Shown here in pieces: positions 1-8,399 of a stretch of DNA of 29,372 bases. The stretch is taken from assembly GCA_963770935.1 (NCBI GenBank), contig CAVYRJ010000006.1:1-29372 (forward strand). The letters are read 5' to 3'. The translations under genes were made by a program, and so were the position numbers. Every line of letters starts with the position of its first letter. Position 1 is the first letter of the stretch. The stretch is from Candidatus Bathyarchaeota archaeon (GTDB lineage: Archaea; Thermoproteota; Bathyarchaeia; Bathyarchaeales; Bathycorpusculaceae). Below the pieces are notes generated by a model, which worked only from the letters and a program-made list of their open reading frames with translations, did not search any database and was not told the origin of the DNA.

Positions 1-302
1 TAGTAATGCTGGTTTTCATTTCAGTATTAAGATTTATGAATTTCAACTAAGCGCGCACATTGGAAATAATATTCGAGTTAGTCGCCAAAGTTTCATAAGC
101 TATCCTCAAAACAACTTGTTGACCCCGACTCTTCAGACTTGAAGAAACAAATCCTGATGCCTATCAACTAAAATTAAAAGAAATTACAGTCTTCAAGAAG
201 TCAGAAGTTTTCTTAAAAATAAGTTCATGCAAAGAGAAACCATGATTTCTTAATTATCTAGTCGCCAAAACCAATAACTATACCCCCACAAAATATGACT
301 CC

Positions 303-884
303 ATGAAACGCGTTATCCTCATTACAGGCACACCTTGCATTGGAAAAACCACTACTGCAATGCAACTCGCCGCTAAAGTAAATGCAGATTATATTAACTT
401 GACTGATTTCGCCAAAGTCTACAACTTGATCTTGGGCGAGGACAATGAACGCGAAACCACCATTATCGACGAAGAAGCAATGCAGCAAAAACTCGGAGAA
501 ATCATAAAAGCTTCAGCCAATGGTAACATCATCGTCGATGGACACTACGCATCCGCAGTAACTCCAACGGATCAAGTTACCAACGTCTTCGTGCTACGCA
601 GAAACCCAAAAGAACTCAAGAAATTCATGCAAAAATGCGGCTTCAACGATGCTAAACTCTACGAAAACCTATCCGCGGAAATCCTTGACAGCTGCCTAAT
701 CGAAGCCATTCAGACCCAACAAGGAAAAATCTGCGAACTTGATGTGACGGGAAAAACCGTGGAGGAAAACGTGGCGGAAATCCTTGACGTTTTGGATAGA
801 GGCAAGAAATGCGGTGTGGGCATTGTGGATTGGCTTGGACTACTTGAGCGTGAAGAGTTAACTGACCAGTTTTTGAAGGTGTAA
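303..884 (+). CDS. AK6/Fap7-type adenylate kinase (archaeal/eukaryotic NMP kinase family)
   Basis: N-terminal P-loop ILITGTPCIGKTT, Walker B-like IIVDGH (hhhDxH typical of AK6/Fap7), ENLSAEILD motif; 193 aa. Confidence 0.9.
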   Translation: MKRVILITGTPCIGKTTTAMQLAAKVNADYINLTDFAKVYNLILGEDNERETTIIDEEAMQQKLGEIIKASANGNIIVDGHYASAVTPTDQVTNVFVLRRNPKELKKFMQKCGFNDAKLYENLSAEILDSCLIEAIQTQQGKICELDVTGKTVEENVAEILDVLDRGKKCGVGIVDWLGLLEREELTDQFLKV

Positions 885-1247
885 TTATCGGAAACTGCCG
901 ATTTTCTGCTTTGTTAATAGCGTGATTTTTCGTCTGTTTGAATATGACTTTGCATGATCACTAAATTTCTCGCCAATCATTATTGGACTCGACAAATCCA
1001 CATCTTCCGAAGACGTATCCAAATTAATTATGACGTTGACGCCGATTGTTCGGTTCCAATCCCGCACCCAAACACCCTGCTCCAAACGTCCTTTCTGCAC
1101 AATCAAATCAAAATGCCGCATAACGCCGCTGTGTCCTTCCAGCCTAACGTTTTCGCTGTTAACCTTGTAGCCTTCCTTCTTGAAGTACGCAACCGCCAAA
1201 TCCGTCAAGTGGGCTCTTGCCTTAAACTGCTCATCATCAACACTCAT
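885..1247 (-). CDS. Stand-alone Mrr-like PD-(D/E)XK-fold protein with a degenerate catalytic motif
   Basis: Pattern YFKKEGYKV...LEGHSGVMRHFDLIV...IGVNVI...KFSDHAKSYS..ITLL matches Mrr_cat domains; the usual (E/Q)xK position reads WVR. Confidence 0.75.
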   Translation of the reverse strand: MSVDDEQFKARAHLTDLAVAYFKKEGYKVNSENVRLEGHSGVMRHFDLIVQKGRLEQGVWVRDWNRTIGVNVIINLDTSSEDVDLSSPIMIGEKFSDHAKSYSNRRKITLLTKQKIGSFR

Positions 1248-1318
1248 AACGCTCGCTATTCCCTACCAAACAATTAAAGAAGCCGTGTGATGAAAAGCCT
1301 TTCGGAAGCAACCTCCAA

Positions 1319-1525
1319 ATGGGCGCAACACTCATAGTAAAATGCACAAAATGTGGCGGATTAACCCTAAGCACTAAAACTCAGAAAACAAAGATCTGCC
1401 CCTACTGCGGCACAACCATAAACCTCATGCGAGCCCAAAAAGTCGCAGCCGCTAACTCAGCACTTGAAGCTTCCGAGATGCTGCGCAAACTAAAAAGCCA
1501 TCAAAAACAAAACCACAAACCTTAA
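1319..1525 (+). CDS. Small Zn-ribbon protein (DUF1922-like)
   Basis: CTKCG...KICPYCG Zn ribbon followed by an A.EASE helix; 68 aa; stop overlaps the convergent gene by 4 nt. Confidence 0.75.
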   Translation: MGATLIVKCTKCGGLTLSTKTQKTKICPYCGTTINLMRAQKVAAANSALEASEMLRKLKSHQKQNHKP

Positions 1526-2460
1526 CGTATATGCCTGAGCAATTCGCATGCTTTGCACAAATCAAGCGCTGATGGTTCACCACATTCAACGCACTCTTTG
1601 AAATCTTCTCTTTTGGCGGTTTCATCAAGCGCAGGACGCAAACGCTCCATGGCTTTTGAAACAGTAAACTTTGTTCCTGCGTGCTTTTCTTCCATGCGGT
1701 TAAGCATACCTCGTAAATCGTTGCGCAGCGCTTCTGAAGCGTAGGGGCAGGGCGTATCTTGGAAACCGATTTTTTTGACATAAGCATATAGGGCGCTTTC
1801 TTTTTCAGGAATTTCGCAGAAAGGCTTGATTTTCTTCACAAAAAGTGAATGAACCTCGCTGGTTACTGGTTTTTCTTTTGCTAATCTTGCAATGTCGCCG
1901 CGGAAGATATTCATCAGAACCGTCTGCACTTCATCGTCAAGGGTATGACCAGTCGCGATTTTTGTGGCTTTAACCTGCCGTGCTCCCGCATTAATGGCTT
2001 TGCGCCGCAGAACACCACAATAAGCGCATGCAGTTAATTCCGTCCGACCCTTTCCTCGGGCTCTAAAAATCATTTCGTCGAGCGTAAAACCGTAGAGTTC
2101 CTTAAAGGAGACGATGTGGTGTGGGATTTCGAGTTTTTTGCAGGTTGAAGCTGCGATCTCCAATGCTTCAACTCGATAACCTTTGATTCCTTCATCCACG
2201 GTAACTGCGGTAAGCGTGGTTTTTGGTCGAGAACGTGTGAGTTTTGCCAGTATGTGCAGTATGCTGAGGCTGTCTTTGCCTCCTGAAACTGCGACCGCTA
2301 AATGGTCATCGAAGCTCAACATGTGGTAACGCGTAATTGTTTGACGTACTTTCGCTTCGATGGATTCTGTGAAGCAGTGTTTGCAGAGTCTTTCTCCTGA
2401 GTATTTCCTAAAGAAGAAAGCTTCGCGGGTCTTGCATGCGGTGCATAGTGAGGTATCCAT
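1522..2460 (-). CDS. ncsA: tRNA 2-thiolation protein, TtuA/NcsA (TIGR00269) family
   Basis: N-terminal CxxC..CxxCF Zn finger, PP-loop AVSGGKDS, CAYCGVLRR, TGHTLDD, CPY, C-terminal CVECGEP..CKAC. Start placed at ATG 2460 (MDTSLC) rather than TTG 2502. Confidence 0.92.
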   Translation of the reverse strand: MDTSLCTACKTREAFFFRKYSGERLCKHCFTESIEAKVRQTITRYHMLSFDDHLAVAVSGGKDSLSILHILAKLTRSRPKTTLTAVTVDEGIKGYRVEALEIAASTCKKLEIPHHIVSFKELYGFTLDEMIFRARGKGRTELTACAYCGVLRRKAINAGARQVKATKIATGHTLDDEVQTVLMNIFRGDIARLAKEKPVTSEVHSLFVKKIKPFCEIPEKESALYAYVKKIGFQDTPCPYASEALRNDLRGMLNRMEEKHAGTKFTVSKAMERLRPALDETAKREDFKECVECGEPSALDLCKACELLRHIR

Positions 2461-2510
2461 TGTATCCCTGCTACGCTTTGATTGGTTAATTAAATAAATC
2501 AAGGTTTAGG

Positions 2511-2524
2511 TGGAGATATCTCCA
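2511..2524. promoter_or_regulatory. Perfect 14-bp palindrome TGGAGATATCTCCA upstream of ncsA
   Basis: Self-complementary in the sequence; operator role is inferred only. Confidence 0.35.
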
Positions 2525-2853
2525 ATATCCCACATATCTTTCCTTTTTTCTTAATTGGCTAATTAGGTTTCTACAATACCCAAAACTTGCCTTCTTCTGA
2601 AGATGTAAGCCATTATGTGGTGGGAAATACTTTCTTAATCAGCCAATTGAAAGTTGAGCTTTTTGGCATTAATGCGTTTTCACTCTTAAAGGGAACGGTC
2701 AGTACCTGAAATTATACCGGGTAGTTATGATGGTTGGATTGGTTGCCTTTTCAACGATTGCCTATATTGCTAAAAAGAAATTACCATGAATCTCAGTAAA
2801 AGTTTCATAAAACTAGCACTGTAAATGCAAGTATGCGTTTTTTTTATTAAAAT

Positions 2854-2868
2854 TTAATCCAACCAACC
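2854..2868 (+). repeat. 15-bp direct repeat TTAATCCAACCAACC, copy 1
   Basis: Identical copy at 3942-3956. Confidence 0.7.
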
Positions 2869-2949
2869 ATAAAACGATGACGACCACCACGACCTTACAC
2901 CAAATTAAATATATTTCTTTTTACAATAAAACATATTGAGGTTCAATAA

Positions 2950-3262
2950 ATGGGTGATTCTGAACAGGAATATTTAGAAAAAATATCTAACACCAAATAT
3001 AATTCAAGTAAGAAAGTTACTGAAATTTCTAGACACTATTGGCAAGTCACAGAAGTTGAAAGCTGAATCTTTGAAGAAAACTGAAGAAATGATGACTAAA
3101 GCTGCAAGCGATTTAGAAAAGCTTGAACGCGACAAGGGAAAAAACCAAGATTTGTCCGCTGAATCTCAGAAAAAAATTAATGAAGAGATTGCAGCTGCTA
3201 GGAATCAAATAAAACAGAAGTATGACGAACTAAAAACACGAATTAGCGATCGCGTCGAATAA
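2950..3262 (+). CDS. Small coiled-coil hypothetical protein, frameshifted near 3025
   Basis: ATG 2950 preceded by GAGGT (MGDSEQEYLEKISNTK...); continues in another frame as FLDTIGKSQKLKAESLKKTEEMM... to TAA 3262; K/E-rich heptad pattern. Confidence 0.65.
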
Positions 3263-3337
3263 AACCGCCAAAAAGGAATCAAGTAAAGAAAACCTACAAA
3301 AGTACAGACCAAATAAAAATTGGAGATAGTGAAAAAA

Positions 3338-3914
3338 ATGAGCGAGAAATCCAATAAAAATTTAGTCGATAAACTACCAGACGGCGTTAAAAAGAATCTT
3401 TCTCCGGGCGAAGAAATTATCTGTTACCTAAGAAGCTTCGTGATAGCTGAACTAACAAATTATATAATACTTACGAACATTCGCCTTATCTACTTCGACG
3501 AAAAACACCTGGGTAGATACGACCTTCAAATCCTTGCCCTTGCAGAAGGTACTTCAAATAACTGCGCATAAAGGCGCAATTGTGTGGGGAGAAGTTACGG
3601 TTAAAATGGAGGACGGTACCTCTTATACCGTGGAAAGAGTCAGCCGAAAAGACATGTCAAACTTCATAGATGCATTAGAAATTGCATATAATAGCATCGC
3701 AGTTGAACCGGTGTCGATAAAGCATAAAGGAGAGTTGCTTGGAATGTCGGATTGGGAGTTTAACAAACCTGCAGAGACGGTTTTTAGGCAGACCCCCTCT
3801 ATTCAGTCTCAACCTGCTGAAGACCCATTAGTTCAGCTGAAAATGAGGTTTATCAAAGGAGAAATATCTGAAGACGAATACAAAACTAAACTTCGGGTAC
3901 TACAAGAGAAATAA
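3338..3914 (+). CDS. Bacterial-type PH domain plus C-terminal SHOCT domain protein, frameshifted near 3523
   Basis: LSPGEEII...IILTNIRLIYF (bPH_3/YokE-like); removing one C in GACCTT gives D-F-K-S-L-P-L-Q-K and joins ORFs 3320-3571 and 3534-3914; DPLVQLKMRFIKGEISEDEY is a SHOCT pattern. Confidence 0.75.
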
Positions 3915-3941
3915 AACACAGACAACGCTTGGATTTAATAA

Positions 3942-3956
3942 TTAATCCAACCAACC
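3942..3956 (+). repeat. 15-bp direct repeat TTAATCCAACCAACC, copy 2
   Basis: Identical to 2854-2868; also forms the right arm of the inverted repeat TTGGATT-N8-AATCCAA (3929-3950). Confidence 0.7.
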
Positions 3957-4188
3957 TTTCTTAATCCATGTTTGTTAAGGATAGACTTGAATAAGCAATG
4001 TTATCAACAATTCTAAGGGTAGCTTAGACCCAGGCTACTTTTCTAAAAATTTGTATCGTATCACCTTAAATCTATGGGACAAAAGTTTTCAGATAGCCAA
4101 AATAGCAAAATTGGCGTATTTGTTCCAGAATTGGTCTTTAAACTAAATAAATGATATCACACTAAATGTAGGAATTGACGACTTAAAG

Positions 4189-4899
4189 ATGGCTATTAAA
4201 CCCACAAGACACGGAGACTACAAAGAAGTAACATATTCCAGTGTACGTTGGGGCCAGCTAAAGAATCTAAGGAGCAAAGCGATTTGGGTTATGTCAGCGT
4301 TGGAAGCGTTCCATCTGCAGTCGCTTACTCATGGCAGCATAGCTAGAGGAGACGTGAAGTTGGGCAGCGACGTTGACGTATTTATTCCTGAGGTACAGAA
4401 CAGCTTTCTGGTGGAAACTGCTCTTGAAAAAGCCAAAATCCCAGTCAACTCCCGTTTTATTGTGCAAGCCACACCTTCGTATGCCATGAAAGCCCATATA
4501 GAAATCGACGAAGAAACCACGGTTTCGTTTCCGCTTATGGAGATGCGAAGGGTTGAGCGGGAGTTTTACAGATTTGGCGGAGAAATAAACATGTCTGAGC
4601 TTAAAGCTGATGTTCGGGTTGCGGGTGTAGATAAGCGACTTATGCTTATCGAACCCACAGAGAAAGGACATGTCGAAAGCAGCGTTGTTGGCAGAGAAGA
4701 AGCGACGGCTAAAATTCTAGGGGTTGCCTCTGAAACCGTTTTGGATAGGGTTCACGCATTGTTGAAACGTGATGCGGTTGGCAGAACTGGGGTTTTCGTT
4801 AAAAGAGAATTAACGCAGGATGAAACTTTTGAGTTGGCCTTAAAAAGGCTCTCTGACTTGAACCCTGCGGTTCGGCGAAGAATGAAAAAAGATGTTTAA
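4189..4899 (+). CDS. Archaeal pol-beta superfamily nucleotidyltransferase (COG2413-like)
   Basis: HGSIARGDVKLGSDVD (GS..DxD motif), IVQATP, EREFYRFGG, VAGVDKRL, RDAVGRTGVF. Confidence 0.85.
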   Translation: MAIKPTRHGDYKEVTYSSVRWGQLKNLRSKAIWVMSALEAFHLQSLTHGSIARGDVKLGSDVDVFIPEVQNSFLVETALEKAKIPVNSRFIVQATPSYAMKAHIEIDEETTVSFPLMEMRRVEREFYRFGGEINMSELKADVRVAGVDKRLMLIEPTEKGHVESSVVGREEATAKILGVASETVLDRVHALLKRDAVGRTGVFVKRELTQDETFELALKRLSDLNPAVRRRMKKDV

Positions 4900-5468
4900 G
4901 AGGGGTAGTAGATGAGTTCTTTTTCTTCGAGTAGCGCTTGGATTTTGTCGACTGCTTCGTAAACTTGCTCTTCTTTCTTTGCGCCAACGCAAACGAGTTT
5001 GCCTGCACTGAAAATTAAGAACACAACTTTAGGTTCATCCATGCGGTAAACTGCACCTGGAAACTGCTCAGGCTCATACATAACTTTGCTAAGTTTGTAA
5101 ACAAGGCTTTCTAAGTCTATTTCTCCGCCAAGTTCCGCGGAAGCAACGATGTTTTGGATCATAACAACTGGTTTTTCTGTAATTTGGATGCCTTCACTTC
5201 GCAGTTCCTTAACCACTTTTTCCACTGCACTTCGTGATTCTTTTTCGGATTTAGCGCCTGTGCAGACCATTTTGCCTGTGCCGAAAATAAGTGTCGCTGT
5301 TTTAGGTTTTTTTAGTCTGAAAACAAGACCTGGGAAGACGCTTGGATTGTATTCGGTTTGTGGGAATTTTTCCACAATTTTTTGTAAATCAATTTTCTGG
5401 TTAAGTGAGACTGAAGCTACGATGTTTTGGATGTTAATGATTGGTTTTCTTTTGCTCATGGGACTCAC
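4896..5468 (-). CDS. tbp: TATA-box binding protein
   Basis: Two TBP repeats: IQNIVAS...YNPSVFPGLVFR...LIFGTGKMVCTGAK and IQNIVAS...YEPEQFPGAVYR...LIFSAGKLVCVGAK; start GTG 5468 or ATG 5459. Confidence 0.98.
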   Translation of the reverse strand: MSPMSKRKPIINIQNIVASVSLNQKIDLQKIVEKFPQTEYNPSVFPGLVFRLKKPKTATLIFGTGKMVCTGAKSEKESRSAVEKVVKELRSEGIQITEKPVVMIQNIVASAELGGEIDLESLVYKLSKVMYEPEQFPGAVYRMDEPKVVFLIFSAGKLVCVGAKKEEQVYEAVDKIQALLEEKELIYYPS

Positions 5469-5494
5469 GGTTGACTATTTAAATAGAACAGGGG

Positions 5495-5502
5495 TATATA
5501 AA
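5495..5502 (-). promoter_or_regulatory. Candidate TATA box (TTTATATA) for tbp
   Basis: Lies about 27 nt upstream of GTG 5468; an alternative TTTAAATA is at about 5477-5484. Confidence 0.4.
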
Positions 5503-5651
5503 GCATCTAATTATAAAGGGGTCTATAACCATTATTTATGTTGATCTATAATCTATTGTAAAACAATTAATGTTTTTTTTGCGATTTTCCGCTTAGAAGG
5601 ATTAAACCTTTTTTCTAATACGCCAAGAAACAAGAAGAAATAGAAAAAAAT

Positions 5652-6785
5652 TCAAATTATTTCATCCCAGCGGTAGATTTTCACGTATTTATTCTCGTAA
5701 TTAAACTGGGCACTATCATAAATTATATCCAATTCCAGCCCATGCTTCTCCATGAGTTTAGTCATTTTATCCCAAAGTAAAGGAGACAAATCATCAGAAG
5801 ACCAGACGCCCCAAATTCTATCATACTGGTTTCTCATCCCCCATCCGTAATCTTCGGGGAGCACAAAAGCTACACTGCTCTCCAACCTATTCGGTGTACC
5901 TTTCGAGGATTGGGTCAAATCCCAGAAGTTCTTCATCGCAGTAAAGTGGTTTTCTTCCAACATGCCATACTGATTAATTTGGGGATAGTTGAAAACTATG
6001 ATATATTTTGCTCCAGCATGATAAGCTATAAGCATATCTTCGAAGATTTCTGGTCCGCTCTCCAGATACGGGGGATGACTGTATGTCCACGTAATAATGG
6101 CCCCCCAATCCTTATCCTGCACTTTTGCTGCACCTCTACAAAGACCGATTTGTTGAATTCGACTATTGTTCCACCCAAATTCAGCGAAGACAACATCATA
6201 GCCAACCATGTAATCAAACCAGTAAAGGGCATAATCGGCTGTAAATGTAGTAATACTATTGTTCTTTAAACGTTGCATACTGGGGTCAGAATTAAGGTCA
6301 GCAACAAATTTCTTTGAAGCTTCGTTATAATTTGACACATTCTCAAAAGCTTCTCCTCTCACCCAGCTATCTCCATCGATTCGGCTACCGCCTGGTTCGT
6401 CAAAGAAATAGACGCCTAAAAAGCGAGTGCCCCACTTTTCTTCTGCCTCATTTAACCAACGCAGGTGCCAATCAGAAGAAATAGAATTAAAATAAACCAT
6501 TATACTCAATTTTGAATTTATAGCATATTCACAGACTTCCGTGAGTGCCGTCTCGTTTAATGCAATATCCCACGAATTAATGATAAATAGGTTAGAATAT
6601 TCCTTCACCCTATCGATCAGAAGCTTTATCTCATCTATTTTAGTCGACCCACAGGTTACCCCGAAAAAGAAATCTTGGCTAGAACTATTCTCTATGTTAT
6701 CGTAATGTATTATCAAGAATGATGAGAGAATAATTGAAAAAATCAGCGCGACATGCAGCACAACTTTTAAAGTCTTCTTCATCAA
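5652..6785 (-). CDS. Membrane-anchored hypothetical protein with glycoside-hydrolase-like motifs (paralog of 27894-29292)
   Basis: N-terminal hydrophobic helix; FFGVT, DEPGG, FTADYALYWFDY, FAEFGWN, LCRGAA, WGAIITW, GWGMR..DRIWG all shared with the second copy. Confidence 0.8.
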   Translation of the reverse strand: MMKKTLKVVLHVALIFSIILSSFLIIHYDNIENSSSQDFFFGVTCGSTKIDEIKLLIDRVKEYSNLFIINSWDIALNETALTEVCEYAINSKLSIMVYFNSISSDWHLRWLNEAEEKWGTRFLGVYFFDEPGGSRIDGDSWVRGEAFENVSNYNEASKKFVADLNSDPSMQRLKNNSITTFTADYALYWFDYMVGYDVVFAEFGWNNSRIQQIGLCRGAAKVQDKDWGAIITWTYSHPPYLESGPEIFEDMLIAYHAGAKYIIVFNYPQINQYGMLEENHFTAMKNFWDLTQSSKGTPNRLESSVAFVLPEDYGWGMRNQYDRIWGVWSSDDLSPLLWDKMTKLMEKHGLELDIIYDSAQFNYENKYVKIYRWDEII

Positions 6786-7011
6786 AACACAGAGCTATTC
6801 TTTGCAGTGAGTTATGATATAAGTTTTATGCAATAACCTCTCGCCCTCCGGATCATTTTATCGATTAGAAGTTTGCCCTGATAGCGTATACAAGAACATC
6901 TTCTCTAAAAGCTTATAAATTATACAATTAGAAACGACGATAGATGATCGAAGTAATAAATAGTAGAAAAAGCGAAAGCCCAAAGGCGGAAAAAAAATTA
7001 AACTCAGTTTT

Positions 7012-8106
7012 TTAGTTGCTAGTTGTGGTATCTCTGTATAATGGGAACCTTAGCAGAGCAGCGATTCCTCCGAGTGAGAGGAGTTTTGCGCCTGCTTCGT
7101 GTTCAGTGCTGACTACCGTTATAGGCGCGTTTCGCTTTTCGACTTGGTGCATCAGCTCTTCCAGTTTAAGCCGCTGTGTTTCATCGGCGTCGCGTAGGGT
7201 TGTATCTGCTACGATTAGTTTTTCAACTGCGCCCATCATGACTGCGTTCTCCACTGCTGTCAAGCCGTAAGTGACTGTTCCTTCGCCTTTGCCTAAGCGT
7301 TTCATTACTTCTTCCATGGTTTCTGTTTCATCTACAATCCGAAGTTGATGTGCCGCCTTCAACAAAACGCCTGAGCGTAGGGCTTCGTCGATTCCTGCTG
7401 TGCCGCCGTTGTTAACGCTCTTAACATCAACGATGGAGCGGGACATTTCTTTTGATTCTTCGTTGAGGTATTTTACGAAGTCAGTTTTAACGTATCCAGC
7501 ACCGATAATAACTATGGGGTTGTGGTTTGGAGTCCATAGTTTGTTTAGGCTGGTGAGTGCAAGTTTGAAGTATGCTTTTGTGGCTTCAACCCGTTTGTCT
7601 GCTTCTACTTTCCCAGGCAATCGCATCCGTTGGTCAACTCTGGTCTCGTAACCGTACTGTTTGGTTTCTGCGATGGCAAAGCCTTCGTCGTCGATGGAGA
7701 GGATTAGAAGGGATTTTTCAGTTTCACTTGCCTTAACTAACCTATCCAAGAGATGTTTGGGCCATTCCTTCTTCACAATCGTCATAGGCTGATTGAGAGC
7801 TATGCTAAGGGTGTGATGGGCACCCGAGGGAATAATGTCTGGTGCGTGGATAATTAAGCCGTGAACGCGAAGCTTGCCAAGGAATTTGTCCCAGCCAACC
7901 GAGATTACTTTTACGCCCATAAATGCTGAAACTCGCTCGGCGCTTTTGGGACGCGAAGTCTCTGTGTCGCTTTTTATGGCTCTTGAACTGTAAGCGTAAA
8001 CCTCGTCACCTTGGTAGATGACGTTGTATAGGTGCCATAGGTCGTCTGGCGAATCGGGAACTACCTTAACGAAACCTTGGCTAATGTTCTTCTCAATAAT
8101 CTTCAC
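7012..8106 (-). CDS. pelA: Ribosome rescue / mRNA surveillance protein pelota (aDom34)
   Basis: DDLWHLYNVI, LRVHG..I, GAHHTL, and eRF1-like C-terminus STEHEAG..L..LGGIAALLRF; GTG start. Confidence 0.95.
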   Translation of the reverse strand: MKIIEKNISQGFVKVVPDSPDDLWHLYNVIYQGDEVYAYSSRAIKSDTETSRPKSAERVSAFMGVKVISVGWDKFLGKLRVHGLIIHAPDIIPSGAHHTLSIALNQPMTIVKKEWPKHLLDRLVKASETEKSLLILSIDDEGFAIAETKQYGYETRVDQRMRLPGKVEADKRVEATKAYFKLALTSLNKLWTPNHNPIVIIGAGYVKTDFVKYLNEESKEMSRSIVDVKSVNNGGTAGIDEALRSGVLLKAAHQLRIVDETETMEEVMKRLGKGEGTVTYGLTAVENAVMMGAVEKLIVADTTLRDADETQRLKLEELMHQVEKRNAPITVVSTEHEAGAKLLSLGGIAALLRFPLYRDTTTSN

Positions 8107-8399
8107 TATATCGCAACTCTGCAGTTAGGTGTATACTAAGAAGTAGAAATAGACTGCGGAAGTCGCAGGTCAAATCTTGGTACCAATTAGAAAGTGAAAA
8201 ATGTAAGATGCCCCCAAAGCAACTCATTGCCGGCAATCATTTTTTGATAATCTAAAAAAACCCTCAAAATTGTTTTGCTTTGTCTTTTTTTCCCACAGGC
8301 TTTAAATTTAGATCATTCAAATAACCAAACCGTCAAAAATAAGCAGGTTAACGATTTGTTTAACAAAAAAAATTATCCATATAGAAAAGGAGATTAAAA

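Noticed and set aside
1-19. Possible start of a minus-strand gene (MKTSIT...) running off the window
   Set aside because: Six codons are too few to support a call
79-269. 11-bp direct repeat TAGTCGCCAAA at 79-89 and 259-269
   Set aside because: Only two short copies 180 bp apart; not a CRISPR array; could be chance or BRE-like promoter sequence
4189-4899. Nucleotidyltransferase as an MNT-HEPN antitoxin or CBASS cyclase
   Set aside because: Length and motifs fit the conserved archaeal COG2413 family, and no HEPN or effector gene is adjacent
8154-8237. Palindrome ATTGCCGGCAAT (8226-8237) and short hairpin CTGCG-N5-CGCAG between pelota and hppA
   Set aside because: Single occurrences with no second copy in the window; cannot be separated from chance
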